Of a stretch of 64,000 bases of DNA, positions 1 through 13,209 are shown piece after piece. Location of the stretch: positions 39,556,001 to 39,620,000 of the forward strand of contig NC_091284.1 in NCBI RefSeq assembly GCF_032444005.1, given 5' to 3'. This stretch comes from Ranitomeya imitator. Taxonomy: Eukaryota. Position numbers and translations under genes: made by a program. A model generated the notes under the pieces. It saw only the letters and a list, made by a program, of their open reading frames with translations, was not told where the DNA came from and searched no databases. Every line of letters starts with the position of its first letter. The first letter of the stretch is position 1.

Positions 1-298
1 CTCCTCTCTGTTGTGGTAAACCCGTGACATCGAGCTTGTGCAAGCCTAGATAGGTCCACCAGAGTCTTCGCCACCGTTATCTTGATAGCATCAAACCATC
101 GGGCTGCTGGTCTTCTCTTTGCCTTGTTCCGGTATTCCAATCACTTTCTGGTGAGTAGGGTTTGGCTAATCTTAGCATGGTGGGTGGTTGGGAGCCGGAC
201 TTGGACTGACCCATGGGTGCAACTGATAGATCACATAGTGGACCACTGAGCTCGCAGTGGGCTCCCAGCAGGAAAAACATACATCCAGTCTATGCCTC

Positions 299-898
299 TG
301 GAGCGCCCCCAGACGCAGGGCCGCGGGTTACTCGGTACCGGTCCTTTCTGTCTCAGTTCTTAGGTTGTCACAGTGGCTGGACCCGGTCCGTGACCCTGCT
401 AAGTGGCGTCCAATAAAAGGGGTGATGAAAGTCGGCTAAAGTTTCGTGACGCCACCTGTGGTATTCGGATGTTGCCGTTCTCGGGGCACGACTCCTACTG
501 GCTCTCCTTTGTGCTTTGATCTAATTTTTCACTTTCCGCAATATCCTTCTCTTCGTGTCCTTTCTTAGGATACCGCCGCAAGGTAGTGCAGGCGCAGTTC
601 CGTTGCTTTCAATTCGTTCTGCTAGGCCCCTGTCAGGAACCCACCCCTGACAGGTCCTCCCTGGATCTCTCCCAGGCTGCGTTCTGTTCTAACTTCCTAT
701 CCGACCCCTAGTTTTACCAGTGTGAGGACTGGCCTAATACATAGTGCCTTTTGCTTCCCCTAGTGGCCAGAGTGTGAAGTGTAATGTGTGCTTGTGATAC
801 CTGGTCAGGTGAACTCCTTTAGTGCAATCAGACATAACATCACTCCCCTTGGCGGCAGAGCGACATTACTGCAACAATGAGGTCTCTGGGGCGCTGCC
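299..898. mobile_element. Probable solo LTR (Gypsy-like)
   Basis: Starts TGGAGCGCCCC (299) and ends GGGGCGCTGCC (898), i.e. short inverted termini as in LTRs; AATAAA at ~411; flanks cctc/catc are an imperfect 4-bp TSD. Confidence 0.4.
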
Positions 899-1001
899 CA
901 TCCATATAGAAAATGACCCAGTTTACCATCACATATACGCACAGGCTGACTAGTTGCAGATGCAGTAGGAAATCCTGTCTTCTAAGGCTGCATCACCTTA
1001 A

Positions 1002-1330
1002 AGGGAATCTGTCAGGAGGATTCCACTCCCCCCCCCCCCCAATCTATTTATATGTGCATGTAGGTCTTTGAAATACAAAACCACCAAAACCTTTACATGA
1101 CCAGTCCGTTCCTCCGTTACTGAGAAATCAGCGTTTGAATTGATATGCAAATGAGGCTGAAGAGCTATGGTAGGTCTGAAACATCTGTCACTCAAGCTCT
1201 ATTCCTGGCCCAGCGCCGCCTCCTCACGCTTGACTGACAGCTTTTATGCTGTGGGGCGAGAGGCAAAGGAGCTGTTAGACAAGCAGGAGGCGGTGGCACT
1301 GGGTGGAGCATAGAGCTGGAGTGACAGAGG
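1002..1330. mobile_element. Kolobok/T2-type MITE remnant (right terminus not found)
   Basis: TTAA|AGGGAATCTGTCA left end resembles the other TTAA|AGGG..CTGTCA MITEs here; internal imperfect palindrome centred near 1255. Confidence 0.4.
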
Positions 1331-1884
1331 TTGCAGCATGTGATAAATGTGTGAGTCACATGTCCTGCATGTGCAGAGGTGTGTTAGGCTTGTACACAGG
1401 GTGTGTATGGGTTGTGTGTTATGCCCCTTGTGTGAGCGATCCATATGTGTAATTTAGTAGTGCACTATGTGTGAGTGGTAGGTATTTGGAGTTGTAATTT
1501 TCCAAAATGTGAATTTACATGCACAATACGGCAGAAAACTGCTCCGACATGCAGACTGACCGCAGATTGCATGGTGTATGTCAGTGCAACTGTGCAGATA
1601 AAAGCACGGTTTACTTGCAAAACAGGACAGCCAATCAAAAAACTGTGCTGGTTCACTCATGTGACTGTCATAAATATCAGCTGTTGTCCGCCCTATTATT
1701 CACATACTTCCGTGGAGATATGTCCGATAGCAAATGAAGCCCACCTTCTATTAAAGTGCATGGAAAGTCCAGCGGACGGGAATTGGCTAACAGGGTCAGG
1801 GTATATTTGCTTTTACTTCTAAGGTGGGCGCCCAGAATTGGTGGGTTCTAGACACCCTAGTTGGACACTGCCGATAACGCTGAC

Positions 1885-2070
1885 AGTGAGGGCGATCAAT
1901 GAGTGGAACAGGTTGTTACGAGAGGTGGTGAGTTCTCCTTCAATGGAAGTCTTCAAACAGAGGCTGGACAGACGTCTGTCTGGGATGGTTTAGTGAATCC
2001 TGCATTAAGCAGTATGTAGGACACAATGACCCTGGTGGTCCCTTCCAACTCATTCTAGGATTCTATTTCC
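1885..2070 (+). mobile_element. CR1 LINE 3' fragment
   Basis: High similarity to 44700-44885 (gagtggaacagg...gtgagttctccttcaatggaag...ggtcccttccaac); typical CR1 end of ORF2/3'UTR. Confidence 0.6.
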
Positions 2071-2985
2071 CATAGACAATGAGTGGAGCAGACGTTGAAC
2101 ATGTGAATCTCCCCTCCATTCAAAAAAGGGGCTCTGCAGATCCAAGTGTCCAGTTTTGGGGATTGCTAGGAACCTCAGCGGAAGACCCCAACCTGGCGAT
2201 CAATAAATTATCCCCTATTCTATGGATAGAGCCACTGATCTCAAACAATACAATCAGGTCAGACATATCTGCTAGAAGACTAGTTCCTAAAATGTTGGGG
2301 GTCCCACCAGTATGGCCCGTACCAGTCAGGAATTATTTATCTTAGCGATATGCCAACACTGTGATAGAAATACCGCGCTATCATGTTCAAAATCAGTTTT
2401 ATTATAACCATCGACATGCTTGATGACCACTATCTCTGCATTTCTGTGGAAATGGTTGGGAAAATGTCTACCAGACCCTTCTGGTGCCGCAGATGTCAGG
2501 TAGAAATAAAAGATCCAGACGCATGCATTAGATGCTCAGTTTCTAAAGTTTCTCAAGAAGCAGAATGATCTGAAATGATGAAGCGGAGCAAGTTCACGTT
2601 ACAGCCCTCTCAGATGTACTAAGAGTTAATCCTCCCGGCACTGTAAATCCCTCCGTCCGTGGCATGTGTTTCTTATCCAGGGCTCATTTATTTTGTGCTT
2701 ACAAATGGGCATAATGCATTTCTGTATTGCAGCACATTATATTATTTGGCTCATGAAAGTCTAAACCCTAATAAATCAGCTCACAATAGCTGGACGGGTT
2801 CCTGATGGAGACACAATCCCTGGCTGAGGTCATAAACAGCCTCCGGTCTCTGAATAAATATTTCATTTTTTAACTCATAATCCCAAACCAGAGGAGAAGT
2901 AGTGGCCGTATAATGAACGGAGAGCAGGTCTGATGGCGCAGGGGTAACACCACGCCTCCCAGTTCTGAAAATGCATGTAGAAAAG

Positions 2986-3214
2986 CCGCGGAGACGCCAT
3001 CACGTGTTTCTCAACGCAAGCAATAAATAGCCAGGTCTTTCACCAGGAAGGAACAACCACGGGAAGGGCAGCATCCAAAAAGGAAAACCACCTATGCCAA
3101 AACATGGTATCCATCCACAGACATCTGTTTCGGGGTATTTGCCCCTCATCAGTGTGGAGTAGGAAACTGGCTATTAGGAGCAGTGCCTAGTAACACGTGA
3201 TGGTGTCTCCACGG
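2986..3214 (-). mobile_element. Short inverted-repeat-bounded element carrying hammerhead (Penelope-like/retrozyme-like remnant)
   Basis: 23-bp IR at 2986-3008 and 3192-3214 (2 mismatches, both CpG-type) encloses the hammerhead. Confidence 0.55.
3114..3158 (-). ncRNA. Minimal type I hammerhead ribozyme motif (Penelope/retrozyme-type)
   Basis: Minus strand reads UCCACA-CUGAUGA-GGGG-CAAAUA-CCCC-GAAA-CAGAU-GUC|UGUGGA: complete core, 6-bp stem I, 4-bp stem II, near-palindromic stem III (ACAGAUGU), GUC cleavage triplet (cut between 3120 and 3119). Confidence 0.75.
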
Positions 3215-3494
3215 TGTTGGATGTTTTGATCTCCCCGAGGTCATTCATCCTTATGTTTATAGTCCCAGTTCTGAAAGACCTACGATAATCACCACCACTA
3301 ACCTCAACCAGTTCTTTTTGTCCATTCATACAGAAATAGTGTCCCTAGGAAAGCTCCTAATGTGCCCTTCCACCCCACTAATAACAGTGCACTGACTAAT
3401 AAAGAAAATCCTCACTTAGCCCATTCCTACGATGAGCAGACCACAGTAAATCTAAAGGTCTGCTCCGTATGTGGCTCAGCACAGCAGGTGCGAT

Positions 3495-4163
3495 TGTCAC
3501 GGTGTGACGGTCTTCGGTAAGGAAGTGAAGCCTCAAACTGTCCCTGGAACTGGGACCCTGACTCCCAGGGGTACTCTTGAAGATAGAGAGGACCAAGAGG
3601 ACCGATTCTCTGACCTTACTATACTGCTAAACCCTGATCTGTCCCCTCTCCCACCCCATGAGGCCTGGGACAGAAATATCAGGTAAACAGTACACAAAGG
3701 CAAAAACAGGTATAACAGAAAGAAAGCAGCAAACATACAAACACTCACTAAAGGTAAAGAGATATATGGGGAAGGATAGGGATGTACCAACCAAATGGGA
3801 ATAGGACAATGAGGAAGGCATACACCCAAAAACAGCATGCAACGATCCCTAGTAGCAACAATGATCTTCAATTCTGCACAGCGTCTCCAAGGAGCTAGGA
3901 AGCAAAGCTTTCACTGGCAAGGCAGAGAGGGTCTGGCCAGATTTTATAGGGAGAAGTAATGACCAGATCAGAAGCAGCTGAAAATAGAGCAACAAGTTTC
4001 TTACCAGCATAGAAAGGGTCGTTAACCTCTTCAGCACCAAAGGAAACCAAATCCATTTAATATGGGACACAAACACACATGCTAAATGGAAGATCTGAGA
4101 TTCCCAATACGTAGTGATCTTCTAACTCCAGATCTCCCAGGAGGACGCGACACACTCGTAACA
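3495..4163. mobile_element. Solo LTR with 5-bp TSD
   Basis: TGTCAC...GTAACA termini; TSD GCGAT at 3490-3494 and 4164-4168; same family as 36958-37587 in the opposite orientation. Confidence 0.8.
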
Positions 4164-4291
4164 GCGATTTAGTGATATCATTGCACCTGCTGCTCTGAGT
4201 CTCGAAGAGTATAGGCTGAATGAAGGAGCATGGACGTTATGGCTCCCTGCTCCACCACTGAATTCAACTGTAAAACACAGAAACTCGCCCG

Positions 4292-4553
4292 GGTGGTCTC
4301 TGAGTATTTATGACTACTCGGAGATTTAGTTTTCCTTGCCGCAGCTGGATGATTTGCAGCTACTAGACAGCTTGATTACATGTGGGGACTCCCTAGCAAC
4401 CAGGCAACTCCTACATGTACTCAGGCTGGGTAGCAGCCATAAATCATCCAGCTGCGGCAAGGAAAACTAAATCTCAGAGCAGTCATAAATACTCAGAGAC
4501 CACCTGAGTGTGCTCAGGAAAACCCGAGCAGCGAGTATATTCGCTCATCACTA
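4292..4553. mobile_element. MITE remnant with internal inverted repeat
   Basis: 64-bp IR arms at 4292-4355 and 4441-4504; right-end motif cgagtatattcgctcatcacta at 4532-4553. Confidence 0.5.
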
Positions 4554-5114
4554 GTGATGAGGTTGACTTGCATTGTTTTGTTTTTTTTTAGCAATTTGCA
4601 TAGTTTTTACTCCTCTGTTTTGCAAGTCAACAAGCTAGATGGCCTGGACAATGTATAATAAATATATCAGCAAACATTATTGTTCATTTGCCTTGCATTC
4701 CTGTCATCCAGGATAACAGCGCAATATGTTACAACGAACGTCAACTTAAAAGTCAATATTACAGGCTTATAAGAACAAAAGTCTGTGTTTTCTTAACCAA
4801 CCAGAAAGAAACACATAAATTCAAATGTCAACATATAGATAACAGTCTATTCCACCTGACTTACTAAAAATTGATGTCTGGTTTATTAAGATAAAATGCT
4901 GTGTTGGCACAGTTTGGTATCAACAAACTAGTAATGACCTGGAGAATTAAAATGGCCGGTCAGTTTTAGCATTTAGTGAATGTGGTAAAAAAAAACAAAA
5001 CAACAATTGTGTAATTGCACTTTTTGCAATTTCACCGCACTTGGATTTTTTTTTTGCATTTTACAGTAAGATATATGGTAAAACCAATAGTGTAATTTAA
5101 AAGTACAACTCGTC

Positions 5115-5517
5115 CTAACAGTCTATTCAGTAGGATTATCAGCTGTGTATCCACCAGACTTCTGCTCAACACAACTGATGGTCCCAACCCCATTTATAAG
5201 GCAAGAAATCCCACTTATTAAACCTGACAGGGCACACCTGTGAAGTGAAAACCATTTCCGGTGACTACCTCTTGAAGCTCATCAAGAGAATGCCAAAAGT
5301 GTGCAAAGCAGTCATCAAAGCAAAAGGTGGCTACTTTGAAGAACCTAGAATATAAGACATATTTTCAGTTGTTTCACACTTTTTTGTTTAGTATATAATT
5401 CCACATGTGTAATTCATAGTTTTGATGCCTTCAGTGTGAATGTACAATTTTCATAGTCATGAAAATACAGAAAAATCTTTAAATGAGAAGGTGTGTCCAA
5501 ACTTTTGGTCTATACTG
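5115..5517 (-). mobile_element. Tc1 terminal fragment (same family as 15567-17466)
   Basis: Ends gtgtccaaacttttggtctatactg|TA; 5260-5517 is near-identical to 17200-17466; ctaacagtctattcag is the reverse complement of the pre-ATG sequence of the other copy. Confidence 0.8.
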
Positions 5518-6645
5518 TATGGCATTGTATCATGGATCTGCACAACATGGATCTCTAACACAGAAATGTTCATGAAGACCTGGCCCTCTATCTAAATAGT
5601 TTAATTGACCCAGGGTTACTTGATGGCTCTTACATACACTGACGTGGAGATTTCAGCAAAATTAGCAAAAATGTCAAACAAGTCAGGTACAAGTAAATGT
5701 TTTGAAGGGATTTCTTTTTTCCTTTGGTTACTATTTTATCCGAGGACACCAACCCTAGTAGTATCCAGTGGTGTTAAGATATAAGACCTCTCACCATCCC
5801 TGTGATCTGCGTTATTTACTACATCAATGGCTCCCTCCACCACGGCAGTAGAGGAGGCAGTTCACTATATCACAGGCACAATATTCCCATGTGCTTGTTA
5901 ATAAATGACCCTGATTAACAGGGTCGCAGCCGGAGGGTCTCTCCACAACATGTGTTTATTGCAGAATGGCTTCATCTGTTTCTTCCCAGGCTCTCTCTCT
6001 CTGCCCTTCTCACCCACTTACTCATGCATTATGGATACAGAACTATAGGAAATTTCCATTCCAATTTTAGCTGTGCATTCCTATTCTTATACTATATCAG
6101 GGTCAGAAATATTCTCAGCCTCTCCTGGACGGTCAAGTTATTTCATAAAGACATCCTTCAAACTATTACACCACCACAGGTGATGCCGTAGATCCCCCAT
6201 TTGTTAGCAGGCCCACCTTGCCGATTTCCTCGTTCTATACTGACATGGACACATGACCAACAACACTTCTAGGATTTAGGGGGCTGACTACAGGGTGTGT
6301 GACTTGACTTGACCAATCTTTTATAGGACCTTTGGGCAATCGAGACCAATGCTAAGCTTGACCCAGGATTTTTTAAGGGGATCTCACTCGTAACAATATG
6401 CCCGAGCAAGAAGTATTTTTGGCTCCTATTAGTGCAAAGACGGTGCTTCTGAGTTCCATTTTCATCATTCATCCCGCCCTTGATGCTTGTCTGCTTCCTA
6501 CCCTGACATTCTGCTCTTCCACCATATTGAGCGAACTCTGCCTGTAATAACCTCCAGACCATGTTCCATAAGTCACATCTTGGTCCTACTCTGAGGTTGT
6601 GCCCAGGAGACATCCGATACAGGGATTAAGTTAGTCTCTCTCTTG

Positions 6646-6986
6646 CAAATATATTGCAACCCAAGGAGTCCTTTACTTCCAGGAAAGCCTTGTCCCAACA
6701 TACACAAGCCCCAATCCAAATATATTGCAACGCAATGGGTCCGTTACTTACAGGAAAGCCTTGTCCTAACATACACAAGCCCCAATCCAAATATATTGCA
6801 ACGCAATGGGTCCGTTACTTACAGGAAAGCCTTGTCCCAACATACACAAGCCCCAATCCAAATATATTGCAACGCAATGGGTCCGTTACTTACAGGAAAG
6901 CCTTGTCCCAACATACACAAGCCCCAATCCAAATATATTGCAACGCAATGGGTCCGTTACTTACAGGAAAGCCTTGTCCCAACATA
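6646..6986. repeat. Minisatellite, 71-bp unit x ~4.8
   Basis: Unit starts at 6646, 6717, 6788, 6859, 6930 (caaatatattgcaacgcaatgggtccgttacttacaggaaagccttgtcccaacatacacaagccccaatc). Confidence 0.95.
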
Positions 6987-7844
6987 AACAGACTTTCCTA
7001 TTATAAGTACAATTTTTTTAAATGAGGTGCAGACACCATATTTTTAAGCCACCAGACACTAACCATGGGTTCAAAAATTTGAGCTTGGAGAGGAGCCATC
7101 TAGGTGCCCATAGCTTCCTCTTACACCTACCATACCTAGAACTTAAGGTCTTCAGATAGAAAGTCCTTGTCAGGAAATATGACGGAATTTCTTATTGTTC
7201 TAATCCCACCACTGACACCAATATGTGACGAACTGGGGGCAACTACCCACCCCCAATTCCTGACAGTCCTGAAGACACAAACTTGTATGACCAGTCAATC
7301 CCGAACTAGAATTGCTGTTAGGTCAGTAAATGAAAATTTAAATTGTCAAGTCAAGCGCAGACGGGAAGGCTTGACCCCATAACATTCATTATTTAGTGAA
7401 CACAACAGGATGCATTAACAGCTGAAGGTTACACCAGAACAACACAAATAGGATATTCCCAATTCCAAACCCATATTGATTAGATGTATGGACATTTACT
7501 ACGAGGGTAGTAGGTGGAGCGGTGGATATGGATCCAGTAGCCAAGGACTGAAGAGCATTTTATGATAATTGTAGATAGAAAGGAGGGGAAGGAAAGAAAT
7601 TATAAGAAACCAAAGCCTAAATATTCATAAGCATTCCATGTCTTGATGGAGTTGGAACCCATTCCACAATTTCCTATGGAGCTCTATGGCTATTTGTTAC
7701 ATCTGCTATAACTAAAACAAACAAAGTCTCCAGAACAGTACAATATGGAGAACAGCAGAGAAATTATAAGAGGTGCCAAGATGTGTTCTACGATTGGCAT
7801 TAATTGTATGGTGTGCTGAGCGCCAGGTGAGAAAATCACCTTCA

Positions 7845-8363
7845 GCAGAATTCATCCACTATAAGTTCATGCTCAAAACTTAGAACTCTGCTCTCCATCT
7901 GGCCAAACAAGTCTAATTCACCATCCTCATCATATCTCTAGTAGACAATCCAAAATGTCTCTTTGAAACTTTCCACTCCTTCCTGAGCCCTACAGTACAG
8001 GTCCCGGTCATCAACCTCAGCACTGAGTATCTGGCCACTTATCAATCGTATCAGTCAGGACATTTTCACAGAATCCCTCAGGGCCTCGATCCCTTTCCCT
8101 CCTGCACCTCAAGCTCACTATGCTCCACTCTGTCGGCCTCAGACATACTGTTCTTTCTTGGTTCTCTTCCTACCTCTCTGGCCGCTCCTTCGCTGTATCT
8201 TTTGATGGCCCCTCTTCCCCTTACAATCGGGGTTCCTCAAGACTTAGTCCTAGATCCCCTCCTCTTCTCTCTTTTCACAGCCCCTATTGGATAAACCATC
8301 AGTAGAGTCAGTTTCCAGTGTCATCACTATGCTGATGACACCAATTATACACATTGTCTCCTT
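7845..8363 (+). mobile_element. L2-clade LINE, 5' piece (degenerate RT)
   Basis: Decayed RT motifs LSWFSSYLSGRSF, GVPQ..VL.PLLFS and YADDT (gctgatgacacc ~8332); continues after the L1 at 11991. Confidence 0.75.
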
Positions 8364-11300
8364 TCTTTCAACTTTCTTTTTATTGAAAAAAGATGTATAA
8401 TACAGGAAGAAAAAGAACAGGTTGAACGATACACAGTACAATATGATAAATCTTGTAAAAAAAAAAGAGACAATCATGTATAATCACCTATTTTACATTG
8501 AACCAAGATAAAGGGCCCAACTTTAACTTTAGATAAGTGAGCCAGCTCATTACAACGAAGAGTAGGACATGGTGATTCAAGATTGACTCGGTTAATAAGT
8601 GTTTCATCAACTTAGAGATAAGGAAAGGAGAGAAGAAGAGGGGAAGAGAGAAAGGGGGAGAAAGGGATTAAGAGAGAGCGAGAGTAGAGGAGAGGAAAGC
8701 GGGGGGGAGGGGGTTGGTGATCCGAGGCAAGGCGAGAATTCAGGGAGAAAACTTCAGGGCGAGCCATCCCATATATGATATAGCTTGGAAACAGTTAGTT
8801 TTCTGTGTTTATAGAGGTGTTTGAGAAAAAATCAGGACTGGAGCGATACACGGACCAGGGCCCCCAAATATTCCGAAAGGAGGTGAGAGACTCCTAGGTA
8901 TTGGCTACCAATTCAGCTGTGTAGTACAATAAATCTATTCTGTCTAGGGTTTTTTTTTTTGTGGGAATAAGAGTAGATTTCCACAAGGTGGGGATTAGGT
9001 ATTTTCCGGCCGCTATGATATTACTAGCTAGTTTGGACATTTATGAATCTTTGGGCCAAAGGGGAAAGTTGAGTAATACAGACTGGGGATCTAGGGTTGG
9101 AGCTCGGCTTAGTACTGAAAGTATGATATCTGTTATCATTTGCCAGTAGCACATAATTTTTGGACAAGTCCACCAGATATGTAGGTAAGAGCCTACATCA
9201 GTGCAGCATCTCCAACATGTCTCGGGAGTGGGCGCGTGCCATAGGTGTATCTGGGAAGGGGTTCAATACCATCTTGATATCACTTTATAGGAGTTTTCTT
9301 GCAACTTCACACATTGGGAAGGTCCGTGTGAATTGTTGTAAATAGAAGTGATTTGGTCTTGAGTGAATGAGATATTGAGATCCCGTTCCCAGAGTCCTAT
9401 AAATGCTCTCTTGGCAACGGCTTTTTCGGCAATCAGTATTTTGTAGAGCTTGGATAGGACCTTTTTTGGTGGATTGTGTTGGGCGCAGAGTTGTTCAAAG
9501 GGTGTAATGGGGCGGAATAAATTAAGCTAGTCTTTCTTTTTATAGCAATAGTCCCTTAATGTTTTGTAGTGAAGGAAAGTAACATTTAAATGAGGATTAG
9601 AAGCCTGAAACTCGGGGAAACTCATCACTGAGCCTTTAGTGAAGAAGGCGTCTATTGGTAATGGTGGCCTGGGCAGGTCCCTATGTGGTAATTTAGGGGG
9701 AATGGGTCCAATGACGTCTTGTATTGTCAAAATCGGAGAGATAGGTGGGGTTAGTTTGGGGAACACGGTTCTCCAAATTTTAAGTACAGCTATAGTTAAT
9801 TCGTTGGAAAGGAGTTGATTTAAATTGGAGTAATCATGTAGTAGTGTCATGGTTCGTAGAGGGATAGGAGCGAGGTGTTCTTCAATGGGCAGCCAAAGTT
9901 TTTCGGTAGGTTTTCTGATCCAATCAACTACTCTAGAGAGCATAGCGGCTTTATAATATTGGAAAATATCAGGGACACCCATGCCCCCATCCAACCTCGG
10001 TAAAGCTAATGTGGTAGCGTTAATTCGAGGACGTTTATTATTCCAGACAAAGTTGATGAAAAAGGAGTTAATTTTGGCCAGGTAGTGTTTGGGAATATAA
10101 ATAGGGAGCATCTGGAAGAAATATAAGAATTAAGGTAGTATAATGCTTTTCAACAGATTTTTCCTTCCCATCCAAGATAGGAAGGAAGCTTTCCAGGAGT
10201 TAACCGTGAGGGTAGCCTGTTTTAGTAAAGGTGTAATATTGAGCTCCAAGAGTTCTCCCATCGACCTCCCAATTTTGATGCCCAGATTTGTTATGAACTT
10301 GGGGGGCCATTTGAAGGGGTAAAGTTTTTTCAGTCTATCAATTCCGGATTTGGGAATATTAAGGCTTAATGCTTCTGACTTTGTGATGTTAATTTTGTAG
10401 TTGGATAGTTCCCCATAGAGCTCTATTGTATGGACAAAGGCAGGGATACCTCTCCCAGGATCAGACAGTACCACTAGAAGATCATCCGCAAACGCTGCAG
10501 ACTTGTGATGGAAGCCGCCAACTTGGATCCCTTTGATATCTACATTTTGTTGAATGCTTTGGATTAGAGGCTCCATAGCAAGCACGTATAGAATCGGAGA
10601 GAGAGGGCACCCCTGCCGCGTGCCATTTTGGATATAGAAGGGGTCTGATAGTAAATTATTAATTCTCAGTCGAGCCGAGGGAGTGGTGTACATCTGGAAA
10701 ATTGCATCTACTAATTGGGGGGGGAAGTGAAAGGCGAGGAGAGTTTCACGTAAGAATGTCCAGTCCACCCTGTCAAAGGCCTTTTCGGCGTCTGTCCCCA
10801 ATAAAACAAGAGGAATTTTGTGCATTTTTGCGTACTGTATTAGGTGTAGAATTCTGGAGGTATTGTCCCTCCCCTCCCGGCCTGTCACAAAACCTGTCTG
10901 GTTGGGTGAGATGAGTTGTGGTAGTAGTTCCGCTAGTCTCCTTGCAATAAGACTTGCATACATTTTTAGGTCAACATTAAGCAAGGAAATGGGTCTGTAG
11001 CTTCCACAACTTTCTGGATCTTTCCCTTCTTTATGAAGAAGGGAGATATGGGCTTCAAGCGATTGGGAGGGGAAAGATTTACCATCCAGAACTGCATTAC
11101 ATACATTTATTAGGTGGGGGCCCAAAATGTCAAAGAAGGATTTGTAATATATTTTGGGGAGTCTGTCCGGTCCTGGGGACTTCCCTTTTGCCCTACCAGA
11201 CAGGGTGGACTGAAGCTCAGAGAGGTCAAAGGGTCTGAGCAGGCACTCCTGTTGGAGAGCAGAAAGTTGGGGGAGGTGTAAGGAGGATAAAAAAGCTCGG

Positions 11301-11974
11301 GTTTTGGTTTGCCTTTGATTTTTGTCTTCTGTGGAGTCACTCTGGCGGAGTTGATATAGGTCTTTAAAGAAGGTCAAAAATGCATCAGTGATCTGGTTGT
11401 ATTGTTGCGTAGTTTGACCTTCAGTAGATTTGATTTTATGAATAAAGGTTCGAGTTTGGCGTTTTTTGATCAAAGAGATCATGAGTTTGGAGGCTTTATC
11501 CCCATGTGCAAAAATTTTGTTTTTCCAGGAAAGGTAATTTTTGGAGGTGCGGGTGTTTAATAGATCTTTTAAAGATTGACGTTTTCTCGTAAGTTGTGAA
11601 AGTACATCACCAGATAATTCTTTCTTATGGCAAGTATCCAAAGTCACAATGTCGTTATATAGGGCTAGGATTTCTGCTTTTTTCTGTCTATTTAAGAACG
11701 AAGCAATTGAAATGAATACACCGCGAATCGTGGCCTTATGGGCTTCCCACAATAGTGGAGGGTCAATGTCAGGGGTGGAGTTAAGTTTAAAGTATTCTTG
11801 GAGCGATTCACGGATACGTTTTTTAACGTCTTCACGTTGTAGTAGCGATTCGTTAAGCCTCCATGTCCTAGAGTTAGAGTATGGTTTGTGGAATTCTAGG
11901 TTAATTAGAACTATAGAGTGGTCAGAGTGGATAGCGGGAATTATATTTGTGCTTATGGTAGAATGGACGAGGGG
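8364..11974 (-). mobile_element. 5'-truncated L1 LINE with 16-bp TSD
   Basis: TSD TACACATTGTCTCCTT at 8348-8363 and 11975-11990; AATAAA plus A-rich tail at the left end on the minus strand; ORF2 motifs present. Confidence 0.95.
8795..11974 (-). pseudogene. L1 ORF2 (end of EN, RT, CCHC) with in-frame stops
   Basis: EN SDH motif, RT QGCPLSP and FADD, C-terminal CWRC...HIWWTC; in-frame stops at 10130, 9527, 9263 and two more near 9045 and 8895; frame maintained to TAA at 8795. Confidence 0.9.
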
Positions 11975-11990
11975 TACACATTGTCTCCTT

Positions 11991-12539
11991 ACATCACGCC
12001 CACCGTAATACAAAATACCAGTGATTGTTTTTCCGTTGTCTCTGACATCATGTCAATCTAAAACTGAACTTCTCGTGTTTCTTCCCTCTACTAACTTACC
12101 TAAACCTGATATTGCCATTGCAATGGGTCATTCAACCATAACTCCCAAGCAACACGCCCGCTGTCTTGGGGTCATATTTGACACAGAACTTTCCTTTATT
12201 CCCTATATCCAATCGCTCACTCGTTCATTCTGCATCTCCAGAATCTGACATGTAATCACCTTTGAAACTACAAAAACTCTTACTGTTGCTCTTATTCATT
12301 CTCGTCTGGACTACTGCAACTTTCTACTGATCAGTCCCCCTCTAACCAAACTTTCTCGTCTCCGATACATCTTGAATGCTACCGCTATGGTCGTATTTCT
12401 GTCCAGCCACTACAATAATGCTTCCACCTTGTGCCGGTCATTGCAGTGGTTTCCCATTCGCTATAGAATACAATATAAACTTATTTTTTTCCTCCCTCAT
12501 CTCTATCGCTCCATTCTCTCCGTTCTGCAACTGATCTAA
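11991..12539 (+). mobile_element. L2-clade LINE, middle piece
   Basis: Continues the RT after YADDT (..SKTELLVF..; CLGVIFD; LIHSRLDYCN-like). Confidence 0.75.
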
Positions 12540-13209
12540 GGGTACCGTCACACAGTGGCACTTTGATCGCTAGGACGGCACGATCCGTGACGTTCCAGCG
12601 ATATCCTTACGATCTCGCTGTGTCTGACACGCTACTGCGATCAGGGACCCCGCTGAGAATCGTACGTCGTAGCAGATCGTTTGAAACTTTATTTTGTCGC
12701 TGGATCTCCCGCTGACATCGCTGTATCGGCGTGTGTGACGCCGATTCAGCGATGTCTTCACTGGTTACCAGTGTAAATGTAAAAAAAAAAAAACACTACA
12801 TACTTACATTCCCGGTGTCTGGTCATGTCCCTCGCCTTCAGCTTCCCGCACTGACTGGCGAGCGCCGGCCAGCCATAAAGTACAGCGGTGACGTCACCGC
12901 TGTGCTTTCCGGCTGTCCGGCGCTCACTGTCAATGCAGAGAAGCACAGCGCCAAGGGACGCAACAGGAATGTAAGTATGTAGTGTTTTTTTTTTTTACGT
13001 TTACGCTGGTAACCAGGGTAAACATCGGGTTACTAAGCGTGGCCTTGCGCTTAGTAACCCGATGTTTACCCTGGTTACCAGGGGACTTTGGGATCGTTGG
13101 TCGCTGGAGAGCTGTCTGTGTGACAGCTCTCCAGCAACCACACAGCGACGCTGCAGTGATCGACATCGTTGTCGTATCGCTGCAGCGTCGTTTTAGTGTG
13201 ACGGTACCC
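12540..13209. mobile_element. PIF/Harbinger MITE (GGGTACCGTCACAC TIR, TAA TSD)
   Basis: TAA|GGGTACCGTCACAC...GTGTGACGGTACCC|TAA; removing it rejoins the L2 sequence; same family as 48950-49696. Confidence 0.85.

Noticed and set aside
6643-7025. Repetitive ORFs of 114-123 aa; possible CRISPR-like array
   Set aside because: Open frames arise from a 71-bp tandem repeat (not a multiple of 3); there are no unique spacers or cas genes, and the DNA is eukaryotic.
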